Shown here piece after piece: positions 9,407-17,879 of a DNA stretch of 37,220 bases. Position 1 is the stretch's first letter. The number at the start of each line of letters is the position of its first letter. Position numbers and translations under genes: made by a program. Source of the DNA: an uncultured Bacteroidota bacterium (GTDB lineage: Bacteria > Bacteroidota > Bacteroidia > 2-12-FULL-35-15); the NCBI GenBank assembly GCA_903881065.1, contig CAIRRW010000046.1, positions 1-37,220 of the forward strand. Direction: 5' to 3'. The notes beneath the pieces are model-generated. The model was not told where the DNA came from. It did no database searches and was given only the letters and a program-made list of their open reading frames with translations.

Positions 9407-9712
9407 TTACTTTTTTAATATCGGGGAATTTGATAAAAGCATATAACTACTGTGAATTGTAAGTATATCAACTCTTAATTCACTAACAATTTTATAGATG
9501 ATTCTATAGTTGCCCATCACTAGTTCTCGAATTGTTTTATCATTAATCTCAGGCACAATTCTACCAAGCATTGGTGTAGTTTCCAGTATTTCTATTCGTT
9601 CAAAGAAACGCTGAACCTGTATCTTAGCATACTTCTCAGAGTTACTGGCTATAAATTTTGCAATATTTTCAATATCAGCTAATGATTGATCAGTAAAATT
9701 TACTTCAACCAT
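9407..9712 (-). CDS. type II toxin, RelE/ParE family
   Basis: 101 aa whose pattern (...IAKFIA....YA......F......L...P..GRIVPE........REL..GNYRIIY......V.ILTI.H) is typical of ParE/RelE. It overlaps a small upstream ORF by 13 nt. Confidence 0.75.
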   Translation of the reverse strand: MVEVNFTDQSLADIENIAKFIASNSEKYAKIQVQRFFERIEILETTPMLGRIVPEINDKTIRELVMGNYRIIYKIVSELRVDILTIHSSYMLLSNSPILKK

Positions 9713-9882
9713 TTCTTTAGTTTGTTTTTTGCTGAAGAAGTTGAATGCACTTTGTTGGAAGCTGATTGTTCCTGACCGATTTCTACTTTTTGAAGCAATA
9801 TAACACGGTCAATTATTTCGTCTATTGAAAACGTTTCAGGTAAGTCTTTTATTGATTTTAATAATTTTTTCTTCGTCAGCAT
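9700..9882 (-). CDS. putative cognate antitoxin
   Basis: 60 aa, overlaps the toxin start. The motif DLPE.FSIDEIIDRVILLQKVE is seen in small Bacteroidota antitoxins. Assigned mainly by position. Confidence 0.5.
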   Translation of the reverse strand: MLTKKKLLKSIKDLPETFSIDEIIDRVILLQKVEIGQEQSASNKVHSTSSAKNKLKKWLK

Positions 9883-9960
9883 TGTCTTTTTATTTCTTAC
9901 AAAGATACTCCTTTTACTTCTTTATTATTTTATAATAACAACGAAAACAAATTGCACATT

Positions 9961-10884
9961 TTAATGCACCACTATCTTTTTATTTATCACATTTCCTGCT
10001 CCCTCTTGTATTCGTACAAAATAAATACCGGCCTGCATAGTTCCTTTATCAATGGTATAACTGGTGGTGGTGGCAGGTAGGATGGCGTTAACAATTTCGT
10101 TGCCCAGCACATCAATTATACTTATATATTTTGCCTGATGATTATCTGTTGCAGAAAAATTAATTGTTGTTTGCATAGTGAATGGGTTAGGGGCAATGGT
10201 GATATTATCTTCCTGTGATAACTGCGGTACGCCTTCACAAATCCAGTTTTGATAGCGAATATCATCAATCATCCATCCTTCTCTATTGTTATTAATATTA
10301 TCGCTTTTGAATGTAAAACGTACAATAGCGGAATGCGGCGCAGGATGTGGAGCTATATCACCACACCACCAAAACATAATGTACTGATTGCGCCAGCCAT
10401 TGGTTTTGCCTGTATAACCCGGTGTGCCATCGAATAAGGTACTATTATTATAACCCCCATAATTAAAATTACTAACGTTTTTCCATGTTGCGCCACTGTC
10501 AATGGAGTATTCAATGTATCCACCATCATGCAAGGTATCAGTATCCAACTTATGCATAAATGATAAATTTGATACACTATAGTCCCAAGAATCATAATGC
10601 CCTGAGATATAAGCGGAATCATACATGGTAAATTGAAACGAAGAAACATTATTTACAGGATACGGATTTAGCGTATCAGTAACTAGTGCATTGGGTGCCG
10701 AATAGGCGGTATCGAAAATAGTTTTATGCGGTTTGCCTATCTGCCAAATGTTCGGATGTTGGCTGGTATCAATCTTTATAAGGGTATCAGTTACGGATTC
10801 AAAGTTGATAAATGTACCGAATTGAGCATTTGCGAAAACGCTTATCAGCAGTAAAACGAATGTGGAGAGTAAATGTTTTTTCAT
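9961..10884 (-). CDS. secreted protein with T9SS C-terminal sorting domain
   Basis: Signal peptide (MKKHLLSTFVLLLISVFANAQ). The C-terminus APNPFTMQTTINF...IIDVLGNEI......GIYFVRI......NKKIVV is the Por/T9SS CTD pattern. Confidence 0.7.
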   Translation of the reverse strand: MKKHLLSTFVLLLISVFANAQFGTFINFESVTDTLIKIDTSQHPNIWQIGKPHKTIFDTAYSAPNALVTDTLNPYPVNNVSSFQFTMYDSAYISGHYDSWDYSVSNLSFMHKLDTDTLHDGGYIEYSIDSGATWKNVSNFNYGGYNNSTLFDGTPGYTGKTNGWRNQYIMFWWCGDIAPHPAPHSAIVRFTFKSDNINNNREGWMIDDIRYQNWICEGVPQLSQEDNITIAPNPFTMQTTINFSATDNHQAKYISIIDVLGNEIVNAILPATTTSYTIDKGTMQAGIYFVRIQEGAGNVINKKIVVH

Positions 10885-11161
10885 GAGGAAGGAAGGTTGG
10901 ATGAATTATATATCAAAGGTAATATATTAATTAACCAATAACTAATTCGGCCTTTCAAATCCCAAAACTCAATTGTTAACATCTTTTCTCCCCACGTGCT
11001 ATTTAATACATACATTCGTGCCGTCGGATAAACAGATATCTTTTATCCAATTGAAAAACGTTTCTCGCAGGTTGGATATAAAATCAACAGTTCGAGGCAT
11101 CCATTAAGCCATTTTTCCGTTAGCCGCAGCTTAGCTAATCATCATTAGAATAAATTATTGG

Positions 11162-11204
11162 GATTAAAAACAGAAAAATCAGTCGTTTTGCGCTGTTTTT
11201 AATC
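11162..11204. repeat. 12-bp perfect stem / 19-nt loop hairpin
   Basis: gattaaaaacag (11162-11173) is the reverse complement of ctgtttttaatc (11193-11204). Confidence 0.6.
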
Positions 11205-11233
11205 AAAAAGTTCTTAACGTATTGAATTTGAGA

Positions 11234-11441
11234 GACCATTTGGGTAGAGTTTTGTCCGCGGAGAGGTACCATCGTGACCATTTTGGTACAGTTCCGTAGC
11301 CGTTTCTCTACCCAAATGGTCACGATGGTAGGTAAAAGTTAAGCGGATTGAACTAAGATGGTCAGCCGGACAGGGAAAGTTTAAAAATTATGAACCCCAA
11401 TGACCACGATGGAAGGAAAAAGTCAAGAAAATAATATCAGA
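11234..11441. repeat. ATGGTC/GACCAT repeat cluster with two mutually exclusive inverted repeats and three 42-nt phased direct repeats
   Basis: A 16-bp perfect inverted repeat joins 11234-11249 and 11306-11321. A 17-bp perfect inverted repeat joins 11267-11283 and 11314-11330. Direct repeats start at 11316, 11358 and 11400 (ATGGTCACGATGGTAGGTAAAAGT / ATGGTCAGCCGGACAGGGAAAGT / ATGACCACGATGGAAGGAAAAAGT). Confidence 0.7.
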
Positions 11442-11482
11442 AATAATAATTAGTTAAACAATTAATCAATCAAAATAAAAAA

Positions 11483-12415
11483 ATGGCATCAGAAAACAGA
11501 GTAACTCCGGCAACAAACGTAACACGTGAAGCCGCATTAGACAAAGGATTTGCAAAGAACAATGCAATGGGCATCAGTAGTTTTATCACGCCGAGTACTG
11601 TGGTATTATTAAATGCAGCTCAGCCAGCTTATATACTGGCGATGGATGCTGTTAGTAATGTGAAAGCCGCGTTCAACAACGCGACTATCACCAAGGATAC
11701 CGATGCGGTAACCTGCGAAATGGTGAGCTCGCATTTTATACAAGTGTTTTATCTGGCGGTGAAACGTGGCACATTTCCTGCCGGCGACCTTGCGTATTAT
11801 GGCGTAAATGAAAGCGGAAATATACCTGACATGGGCACCGATGCGAAAAAATTAAGTGTAGCCACAAAAATTATTTCCGGCGATGCTGCCCGTGTAGCTG
11901 CCGGTGGCGACCCAATGGCAATGCCGACGATTGATGAGGTGAAGGTGGCAAAAGAAGCTTTTGAGAAAGCTGTTACAGCCCAGAATAATTGCAATGAAGA
12001 TATGAGAACGGCGCAACATGACTGTAATGCACTCAATCAGCAGGCCGACGAATGTATAAAATTGCTTTGGGGCGAAGTGGAAACACATTATGTAAACTTG
12101 CCGCGACCGTCAATGCGCGAGCAGGCAAGGCTTTGGGGTGTAATTTATGCACAGACAGGCAGCTCGAAAATGGTTACCGGAAAAGTTACTGATAAAGCCA
12201 CAAGCATTGGTATTGCTGATGCAGAAGTTTATTTTGCCAACGGAAGCAATTCGGTAACAACCGATGCCGAAGGAAATTATACTTTAAATACAACCTTGAT
12301 GGGCGTGCAGAGTTTGATAGCAATTTATACATTATATACGGATGCTGCGGTGTCGCTAACGCTTGTTGAAAATCAAAACTCGGTAGCGGATATTGCCATG
12401 ACCAAGGCGGTGTAA
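11483..12415 (+). CDS. hypothetical protein with C-terminal carboxypeptidase-regulatory-like (CarboxypepD_reg) beta-sandwich
   Basis: The C-terminal stretch GKVTDKATSIGIADAEVYFANGSNSVTTDAEGNYTL matches the CarboxypepD_reg pattern. The N-terminal 230 aa are not recognisable, and no signal peptide is visible. Confidence 0.5.
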   Translation: MASENRVTPATNVTREAALDKGFAKNNAMGISSFITPSTVVLLNAAQPAYILAMDAVSNVKAAFNNATITKDTDAVTCEMVSSHFIQVFYLAVKRGTFPAGDLAYYGVNESGNIPDMGTDAKKLSVATKIISGDAARVAAGGDPMAMPTIDEVKVAKEAFEKAVTAQNNCNEDMRTAQHDCNALNQQADECIKLLWGEVETHYVNLPRPSMREQARLWGVIYAQTGSSKMVTGKVTDKATSIGIADAEVYFANGSNSVTTDAEGNYTLNTTLMGVQSLIAIYTLYTDAAVSLTLVENQNSVADIAMTKAV

Positions 12416-12445
12416 CGGGTGTTGAATTAATATTGAATAGCAAAT

Positions 12446-12478
12446 AAAAAAGCTTCACAATACTGTGAAGCTTTTTTT
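12446..12478. terminator. bidirectional rho-independent terminator
   Basis: A-run, then stem gcttcaca (12452-12459), loop atac, stem tgtgaagc (12464-12471), then a T-run. Lies between convergent genes. Confidence 0.7.
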
Positions 12479-12509
12479 ATGTTTACTAATTCCGATTATT
12501 AACCAATCC

Positions 12510-15500
12510 TTATTTTCCTTTCGGAGCAGCAGTGTTAGCTGGTTTCGGCGGTTGAAGTTTCAATATTTCCAATTGAGCATTTTTTGCAGCAGCATCAGCT
12601 TTTGCTTTCTCAGCCATCGCTTCCGCTTTCTTCTGATCTGCTTTTGCTTTCTCAGCATCGGCCTGTGCTATAGCAGCAGCTTTATCGGCTTCGGCTTTTG
12701 CTTTGTTGGCAGCAGCAATGTCAGCTTGACTTTTTGCTTTGTCAGCATCTGCTTTCTTGGCATCAGCAGCAGCCTGCGCAGCTTGTGCAGCAGCAGTGGC
12801 TTTATCAGCATCTGCTTTTGCTTTCGCAGAATTTGCAATATCAGCCTGTGCTTTTAATTTATCAGCATCCGCTTTCTTGGCATCAGCGGCAGCTTGCGCA
12901 GCTTGTGCAGCAGCAGTAGCTTTGTCGGCATCTGCTTTTGCTTTCGCCGAATTTGCTATGTCAGCCTGTGCTTTTGCTTTGTCAGCATCGGCTTTCTTAG
13001 CATCAGCAACTGCTTGCGTGGCTTGGGCAGTAGCTGTAGCTTTTGCAGCATCCGCTTTTGATTTATCAGCATTCGCAACATCAGCCTGCGCTTTCAGTTT
13101 ATCAGCATCTGCTTTCTTTGCATCAGCAGCAGCTTGAGCAGCTTGTGCAGCAGCAGTAGCTTTGGCAGCATCCGCTTTCGCTTTATCAGCATTCGCAATA
13201 TCAGCCTGTGCTTTCGCTTTGTCAGCATCTGCTTTTTTAGTTTCAGCAGCAGCCTGTGCAGCCTGTGCAACAGCAGTAGCTTTAGTTGCATCTGATTTAG
13301 CTTTGTCAGCATTTGCAATATCTGCTTGCGCTTTCGCTTTGTCAGCATCCGCTTTCTTAACTTCGGCAGCAACTTGTGCCAGTTGAGCAGTAACGGTAGC
13401 TTTTGTTGCATCCGATTCAGCTTTTGCTTTCGCAGCATCAGCCTGTGCTTTCTGTGCATTTGCTACTACTTCCTGCGATTTTAATTTATCAGCATCTGCT
13501 TTTACTTTCGCAGCTTCCGCCTGTACTTTCAATGCTTCATACTTTGGTTTCTCTGTTTCAGCCAATTGATTTTTCAACTGCAATGCATTCTCATCTGCTT
13601 TTGCTTTATCAGCAATAGCTTTCGCCTTGTCGGCATCGGCTTTTACTTTGGCAGTTTCGGCAGTAGCTCTGTCGGCTTCTGCTTTTGCTTTCATTGCAAC
13701 AGCCTGTGCTGATGCGGCATCTGCCTTCGCTTTGTCAGCATCAGCTTTTGCCTTGGCAGCATCCGAAGCAGCTTTTTGTGCTGCGGCAATCACTGCATCT
13801 GCTTTAGCTTTTGCAGCATCTGCTGTTGCTTTCAACGCTTCCGATTTTGCTCTGTCAGCATCTGAAGCAGCCTTTGCAGCATCTGCTTTTTTACTCTCTG
13901 CATCTGCTTTTGCCTTATCAGCTTCAGCAGTTTTTATTGCTGCCTCCGCTTTTATCCGTTCCGATTCAGCTTTTATTTTATCTGCTTCCGCCTTTGTATT
14001 CTCAGCATTCACTTCCTTGCGTGCCACCACCATCATCGAATCCATCTTTCTTTTTTCCTTTTCCACATCCACACGCTCCACCTCTTTAATCACTTCCACA
14101 GTTGTTTCCACGGTTTCCACCACGTTCACTTCTTTCTCCACCGTTTTATTTACCTCCACCACATCACTCACGCTCATCTCTTTGGTAAGCGTAACTACCT
14201 GTCCGGTAGCATCAATATTTTCCATCGAGAAACCACCACCCTCAATCTTGAAAATGTCATAACTGTCGGCATCTTCGCGTATGGTTGAGTAATAGCGGGT
14301 TCCACCACCGATGATATAATAATTAATATCGTCGCGAGTTGTATTAATAGGATACCCCATTGTTTGCGGCGCACTCCAGCTGCCATCCACTTTCATCTCC
14401 GAATAAAAAATATCGTAACCGCCCATTCCATCGCGGTATCCGTTCGAACTGAAAAATAACGTCTTGCCATTAGGATTGATGAATGGAGATATTTCACTTC
14501 CCGAAGTATTTATCACCGTACCCATATTCTTGGCTTTGCCCCATTTATTACCCGATTTCACACATTGATAAATATCGAATTTCCCGTTGCCGCCTTCTCT
14601 ATCACTACAGAAATATAAATATTTTCCATCAGCCGAAACCGTTACTCCTGTTTCATTAGCTGAAGAGTTAATCTCGGAAACAGGCTTCGGCTCGCTCCAT
14701 ACTTTATCAATATACTTGCTCTGAAAAATATCTGATTGGCCATTCACATCCTTGCGGATATAAAGTGTAAGTCCGTCAGCAGAAAGGCAAAGCGGCGCTT
14801 CATCTTTAGCTGTATTCCAGCGGAAAGCAACAGCAGGTTCCCAGTTTCCTTTCGCATCCTTTAACGTATAATATATGTCTTCATCGAATTTACCGGTTAC
14901 GTCACTCACCTTTTTATTGCCATCTTTATTAGGTCTGCGCGAAGCAAAAAACATTACGGAATTATCAATCGTCAACACCGGATTGGTTTCTGTATAGGTT
15001 GAATTAACATTCTTACCTGGATTCTTCATCGCCACATCACGCGGAGTTTTACTGGCATTTTTTGCATTGATACAATTACGAATCGCTTTCTCAACAGGTA
15101 TTGGCGGGTTGCCATTGAATTTATCTTCATACTGAAAAAATGTTTGAAGCGCACTGTCCGGTTGATTATTTGTTAAATACGTTTCAGCCAAAAAGTAAAG
15201 CGCATCAAACGGCGCAGCCTTCTCCGAAGTATTAAAGAAATCGTACTTCTCAATTATATTCTTAGCTGCTTTCCTTAGGTATGGCAATGCTTTCGGTTGC
15301 TCATCAATGGAATTATAATAACACATTCCCATTTTAAAGTTGGCATTAGAGTTGGTAGCATCTTCTGCAATTACTTTTTGCCAAACCGCCATGGCAGCAT
15401 TAAATTGTCCGTTATTTAATAATTTATTTCCTTCGTTCATCATATCTGATGAAGGGCTCTTGGAAATCTTTTCATCAGTTGCAAAGCCTTTTGCCGCACC

Positions 15501-15548
15501 TAAAGATAAAACCAATAATAAGGTGGAGATAATGTAATTTTTTTTCAT
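12510..15548 (-). CDS. secreted TPR + PD40 (TolB-like beta-propeller) protein with about 520-aa Ala/Lys/Asp-rich repeat tail
   Basis: Signal peptide and an N-terminal TPR-like region. PD40-type repeats are present (SADGLTLYIRKD, VSADGKYLYFCSDREGG, SPFINPNGKTLFFSSNG). From about aa 490 the composition is a nearly pure A/K/D/Q helix with 40-aa periodic units. No OmpA-like C-terminal domain is visible. Confidence 0.8.
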   Translation of the reverse strand: MKKNYIISTLLLVLSLGAAKGFATDEKISKSPSSDMMNEGNKLLNNGQFNAAMAVWQKVIAEDATNSNANFKMGMCYYNSIDEQPKALPYLRKAAKNIIEKYDFFNTSEKAAPFDALYFLAETYLTNNQPDSALQTFFQYEDKFNGNPPIPVEKAIRNCINAKNASKTPRDVAMKNPGKNVNSTYTETNPVLTIDNSVMFFASRRPNKDGNKKVSDVTGKFDEDIYYTLKDAKGNWEPAVAFRWNTAKDEAPLCLSADGLTLYIRKDVNGQSDIFQSKYIDKVWSEPKPVSEINSSANETGVTVSADGKYLYFCSDREGGNGKFDIYQCVKSGNKWGKAKNMGTVINTSGSEISPFINPNGKTLFFSSNGYRDGMGGYDIFYSEMKVDGSWSAPQTMGYPINTTRDDINYYIIGGGTRYYSTIREDADSYDIFKIEGGGFSMENIDATGQVVTLTKEMSVSDVVEVNKTVEKEVNVVETVETTVEVIKEVERVDVEKEKRKMDSMMVVARKEVNAENTKAEADKIKAESERIKAEAAIKTAEADKAKADAESKKADAAKAASDADRAKSEALKATADAAKAKADAVIAAAQKAASDAAKAKADADKAKADAASAQAVAMKAKAEADRATAETAKVKADADKAKAIADKAKADENALQLKNQLAETEKPKYEALKVQAEAAKVKADADKLKSQEVVANAQKAQADAAKAKAESDATKATVTAQLAQVAAEVKKADADKAKAQADIANADKAKSDATKATAVAQAAQAAAETKKADADKAKAQADIANADKAKADAAKATAAAQAAQAAADAKKADADKLKAQADVANADKSKADAAKATATAQATQAVADAKKADADKAKAQADIANSAKAKADADKATAAAQAAQAAADAKKADADKLKAQADIANSAKAKADADKATAAAQAAQAAADAKKADADKAKSQADIAAANKAKAEADKAAAIAQADAEKAKADQKKAEAMAEKAKADAAAKNAQLEILKLQPPKPANTAAPKGK
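12721..13440. repeat. six tandem 120-bp repeats (coding, inside 12510-15548)
   Basis: Units start in register at 12721, 12841, 12961, 13081, 13201 and 13321 (tcagc[c/t]tg...catcagc...). Adjacent units look roughly 85-90 percent identical by eye. Each encodes one unit of KKADADKAKAQADIANADKAKADAAKATAAAQAAQAAADA. Confidence 0.9.
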
Positions 15549-15742
15549 GGAGATATTATTTGTAATAGATTTTGTTCATTTTTGATTTATTCGGCTAAAA
15601 TAAAAAAATATCCTCTCCTTAAAAAAGATTTTAATCATAAATCAGTAATTCGGAATATTTATGCTGTACAGTAATTAAATATTGCAACATGGAAATGAAA
15701 ACGATTCTGGAAGATAAATGTGGAGGGTAGGTAGAAACAAGA

Positions 15743-15770
15743 ATCCTTCACCAATTTCTTGGTGAAGGAT
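15743..15770 (-). terminator. hairpin downstream of the displaced tRNA-Asn 3-prime fragment (probable native tRNA terminator)
   Basis: 12-bp stem atccttcaccaa / ttggtgaaggat with loop tttc. It lies directly 3-prime (minus strand) of the tRNA fragment. Confidence 0.5.
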
Positions 15771-15816
15771 TTGCTCTCCCTGCTGGACTTGAACCAGCGA
15801 CCCTCTGATTAACAGT
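15770..15816 (-). repeat. att direct repeat, distal copy (orphan 3-prime part of tRNA-Asn)
   Basis: 47 nt identical to 25678-25724 (tttgctctccctgctggacttgaaccagcgaccctctgattaacagt). No tRNA 5-prime half follows it. Confidence 0.9.
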
Positions 15817-16033
15817 AAGTTCACTATTCAAGCTAGGCTTGGGATTAAAGGCTCTCTTATAAAATTTGCAAATAATTTGCTTTTAAAAGCTTATTTATAA
15901 AATAATTTCAGCGGCCAATGTAATAATTATACTCTACAAAAAACTTGGATAAATTAATTTTTCTTAATGAACAAGCGTAACAATTGTGTCTTTTGTTGTA
16001 GAAGGATATATACACCTCAACAGTATATTAAAA

Positions 16034-16909
16034 TTATTGTTTTATACCAAAGTCAAAAATCTTAATTCCCGATCCACTTCTGTCATAAGTTTGATGGTCT
16101 CCTGAATACATAAAACAATACTCACCTGGTTTTAACTCTTCTTTAAAAGTTATTTTATAAGTATTGCCGGAAACTCTCTCATATTTAAAATTTACTATAT
16201 ATTTTCCAGGAATAGATGTACTTGCACCAAAAGCACCAATACTGCCAGAATTAAATTGACGGTTACCCTTTTTCTTGTCAAGTTTTATTAATTTAAAATC
16301 ATTAGGGCTAATTGCTTGTCCTTGCGAACCATTTCTCATACTTAAAATATAATCCATATAATTATCTGAGTTAGACCTTTGATTTGAGTTATTTAAACTC
16401 TTCTTAGCAGGGTCAAAATTAAAATAGAAAACAGGGTTAGTTTCTTGGATTTGGTAATTTGCTTCAACACCATCTATCATGGTTGTATAGGTGGTTGGAG
16501 CATACATTACTCCAGGATTCATTTTAGTTCCATTTATATTAGTTGGGTCAAGTTTGGTATATTTATTATTTTCAAAAAAGTATATTCCGGATTCATTAAA
16601 AGAATGATTCTTCTCATTTGAGTTATTGCTAACTTGAGTTTCTTGTCTAGCGTCATTTTCATCTTGTTTGGTAATCATTAATTCAATCACCTTGTCTGAA
16701 ACATTATTATCTCTTAATTTAATAAGTGCATCAGTTGAAACATCAAAATAGCATACTGATTTATTCATCTTCTGAAGTATTACGGATTCAGGGAGTTTAG
16801 ATTTTGTAAGTTTTATTATAGTACTATTTTTAAGAGTATCTATTTTACTCTGGCTTATTGCTTGAAATGTAATAAATGTGAGCACTGAAATAAATAATAA
16901 TTTTCTCAT
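16034..16909 (-). CDS. secreted hypothetical protein (island cargo)
   Basis: Signal peptide MRKLLFISVLTFITFQAISQ. No recognisable domain. Confidence 0.55.
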   Translation of the reverse strand: MRKLLFISVLTFITFQAISQSKIDTLKNSTIIKLTKSKLPESVILQKMNKSVCYFDVSTDALIKLRDNNVSDKVIELMITKQDENDARQETQVSNNSNEKNHSFNESGIYFFENNKYTKLDPTNINGTKMNPGVMYAPTTYTTMIDGVEANYQIQETNPVFYFNFDPAKKSLNNSNQRSNSDNYMDYILSMRNGSQGQAISPNDFKLIKLDKKKGNRQFNSGSIGAFGASTSIPGKYIVNFKYERVSGNTYKITFKEELKPGEYCFMYSGDHQTYDRSGSGIKIFDFGIKQ

Positions 16910-17039
16910 GACAATTTTATGTTTTATTTTACAAAGGTATCATAATATTTAAAAAGAATACATCTTTCCCTAACCCTCTAATAAATCCCACTATGGAATA
17001 AATTCAAGTCAAAAAATGAAGATGATAATTCTTTTAGCT

Positions 17040-17858
17040 CTATCTTGAATAAACGTCAGTCCACAAAGTTGTGGAATAAGAGCCAGGATTTATGTATTCA
17101 AGAGTTAGTGAGTTAGCCGTCAGGGTAGTAATTTTATAATAAGGCCCATTGGAAGAACTGTTTGTATAAAATATTGGAATTGCTCTATTAGGAAATAATA
17201 CTTGCCAACTAAAAGGAACTGCAAAAGTGGTAGAGTCTTTGCCTAAATAGCCATCCGTACTATACCAATTATTAAAAAACATTTTAAATGTTGGAGAAAG
17301 CGGTGCTGATCCATTATGAGTCACCTGTGTCCAAATACCACCTACAAGTTTGGATTCAATATTATTTAAAACAGGAGGCGTTGTTGTTTTGTTAAAAAAC
17401 AATCTTTGACCACCATTGACATAATCAAGAACTAAGGAGTCAGTACTTAAATAAATAATGCTAAAAATATTAGGTGTTCCCGGAATATCAATAGAGCTGC
17501 CTGCTCCGCCAGCCCATGCCCAATTGCTTTCTGGTGGTGTATTATCTTGGTAACCAAAAGTTGCGTGATAATATTGAGTGCCATTATAAACCATATCAGG
17601 TGAAGCTGTAAGGTTTAATTGCGAATTTATATAATTATAATGATTTGTATATTGAAATGTTGAATCACCAAGTCCTGGAGAAAAAGCATTTGACCTAATT
17701 TCTGATCTTTTAAGCTTCCACTGACCAACTAATGAATTTTCCCAAGGTGTCAAACTTCCTGATGTTACTGTAGAACCTGTGGGATTAGGAGATTTGTCCT
17801 TCTTACAGCTTGAACCTATAATAATTAGGACATAAGCAATTAATGTGATTTTTTTCAT
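17040..17858 (-). CDS. lipoprotein, lipocalin-like (island cargo)
   Basis: The lipobox GSSCKKDKSP is followed by LVGQWKLK, a typical lipocalin-like start. The N-terminus is paralogous to 19923-20399. Confidence 0.6.
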   Translation of the reverse strand: MKKITLIAYVLIIIGSSCKKDKSPNPTGSTVTSGSLTPWENSLVGQWKLKRSEIRSNAFSPGLGDSTFQYTNHYNYINSQLNLTASPDMVYNGTQYYHATFGYQDNTPPESNWAWAGGAGSSIDIPGTPNIFSIIYLSTDSLVLDYVNGGQRLFFNKTTTPPVLNNIESKLVGGIWTQVTHNGSAPLSPTFKMFFNNWYSTDGYLGKDSTTFAVPFSWQVLFPNRAIPIFYTNSSSNGPYYKITTLTANSLTLEYINPGSYSTTLWTDVYSR

Positions 17859-17879
17859 GGTATTAAAATTTAATTTGTG

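Noticed and set aside
11135-11323. 62-aa minus-strand ORF across the repeat cluster
   Set aside because: Its sequence (MTIWVEKR...KMVTMVPLRGQ...QMVSQ) simply mirrors the inverted and direct repeats. It has no signal, domain or ribosome-binding context, so it is better explained as non-coding structure.
11316-11441. Three phased mini-ORFs (MVTMVGKS*, MVSRTGKV*, MTTMEGKSQENNIRNNN*) considered as RiPP precursors or leader peptides
   Set aside because: Two of the three are only 8 codons and lack Cys/Ser/Thr-rich cores. No modification, transport or immunity genes are adjacent. The ATGs are part of the ATGGT repeat core. Kept only as part of the repeat-cluster finding.
12721-13440. Regularly spaced repeats that could be mistaken for a CRISPR array
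   Set aside because: The units are contiguous 120-bp tandem copies with no unique spacers. They lie in frame inside a long ORF, and no cas genes are present.
12465-14262. Several long plus-strand ORFs (12465-12857, 12698-12919, 12739-13137, 13162-13386, 13403-13618, 13627-14262, 13811-14089) and one same-strand out-of-frame ORF (13094-13459, minus) lying within the giant repeat gene
   Set aside because: They are shadow frames of the GC-skewed Ala/Lys/Asp repeat, giving Ala/Ser/Phe or Leu/Gln/His low-complexity translations. They have no independent start context. The 12510-15548 frame on the minus strand continues into a recognisable TPR/PD40 N-terminus with a signal peptide.
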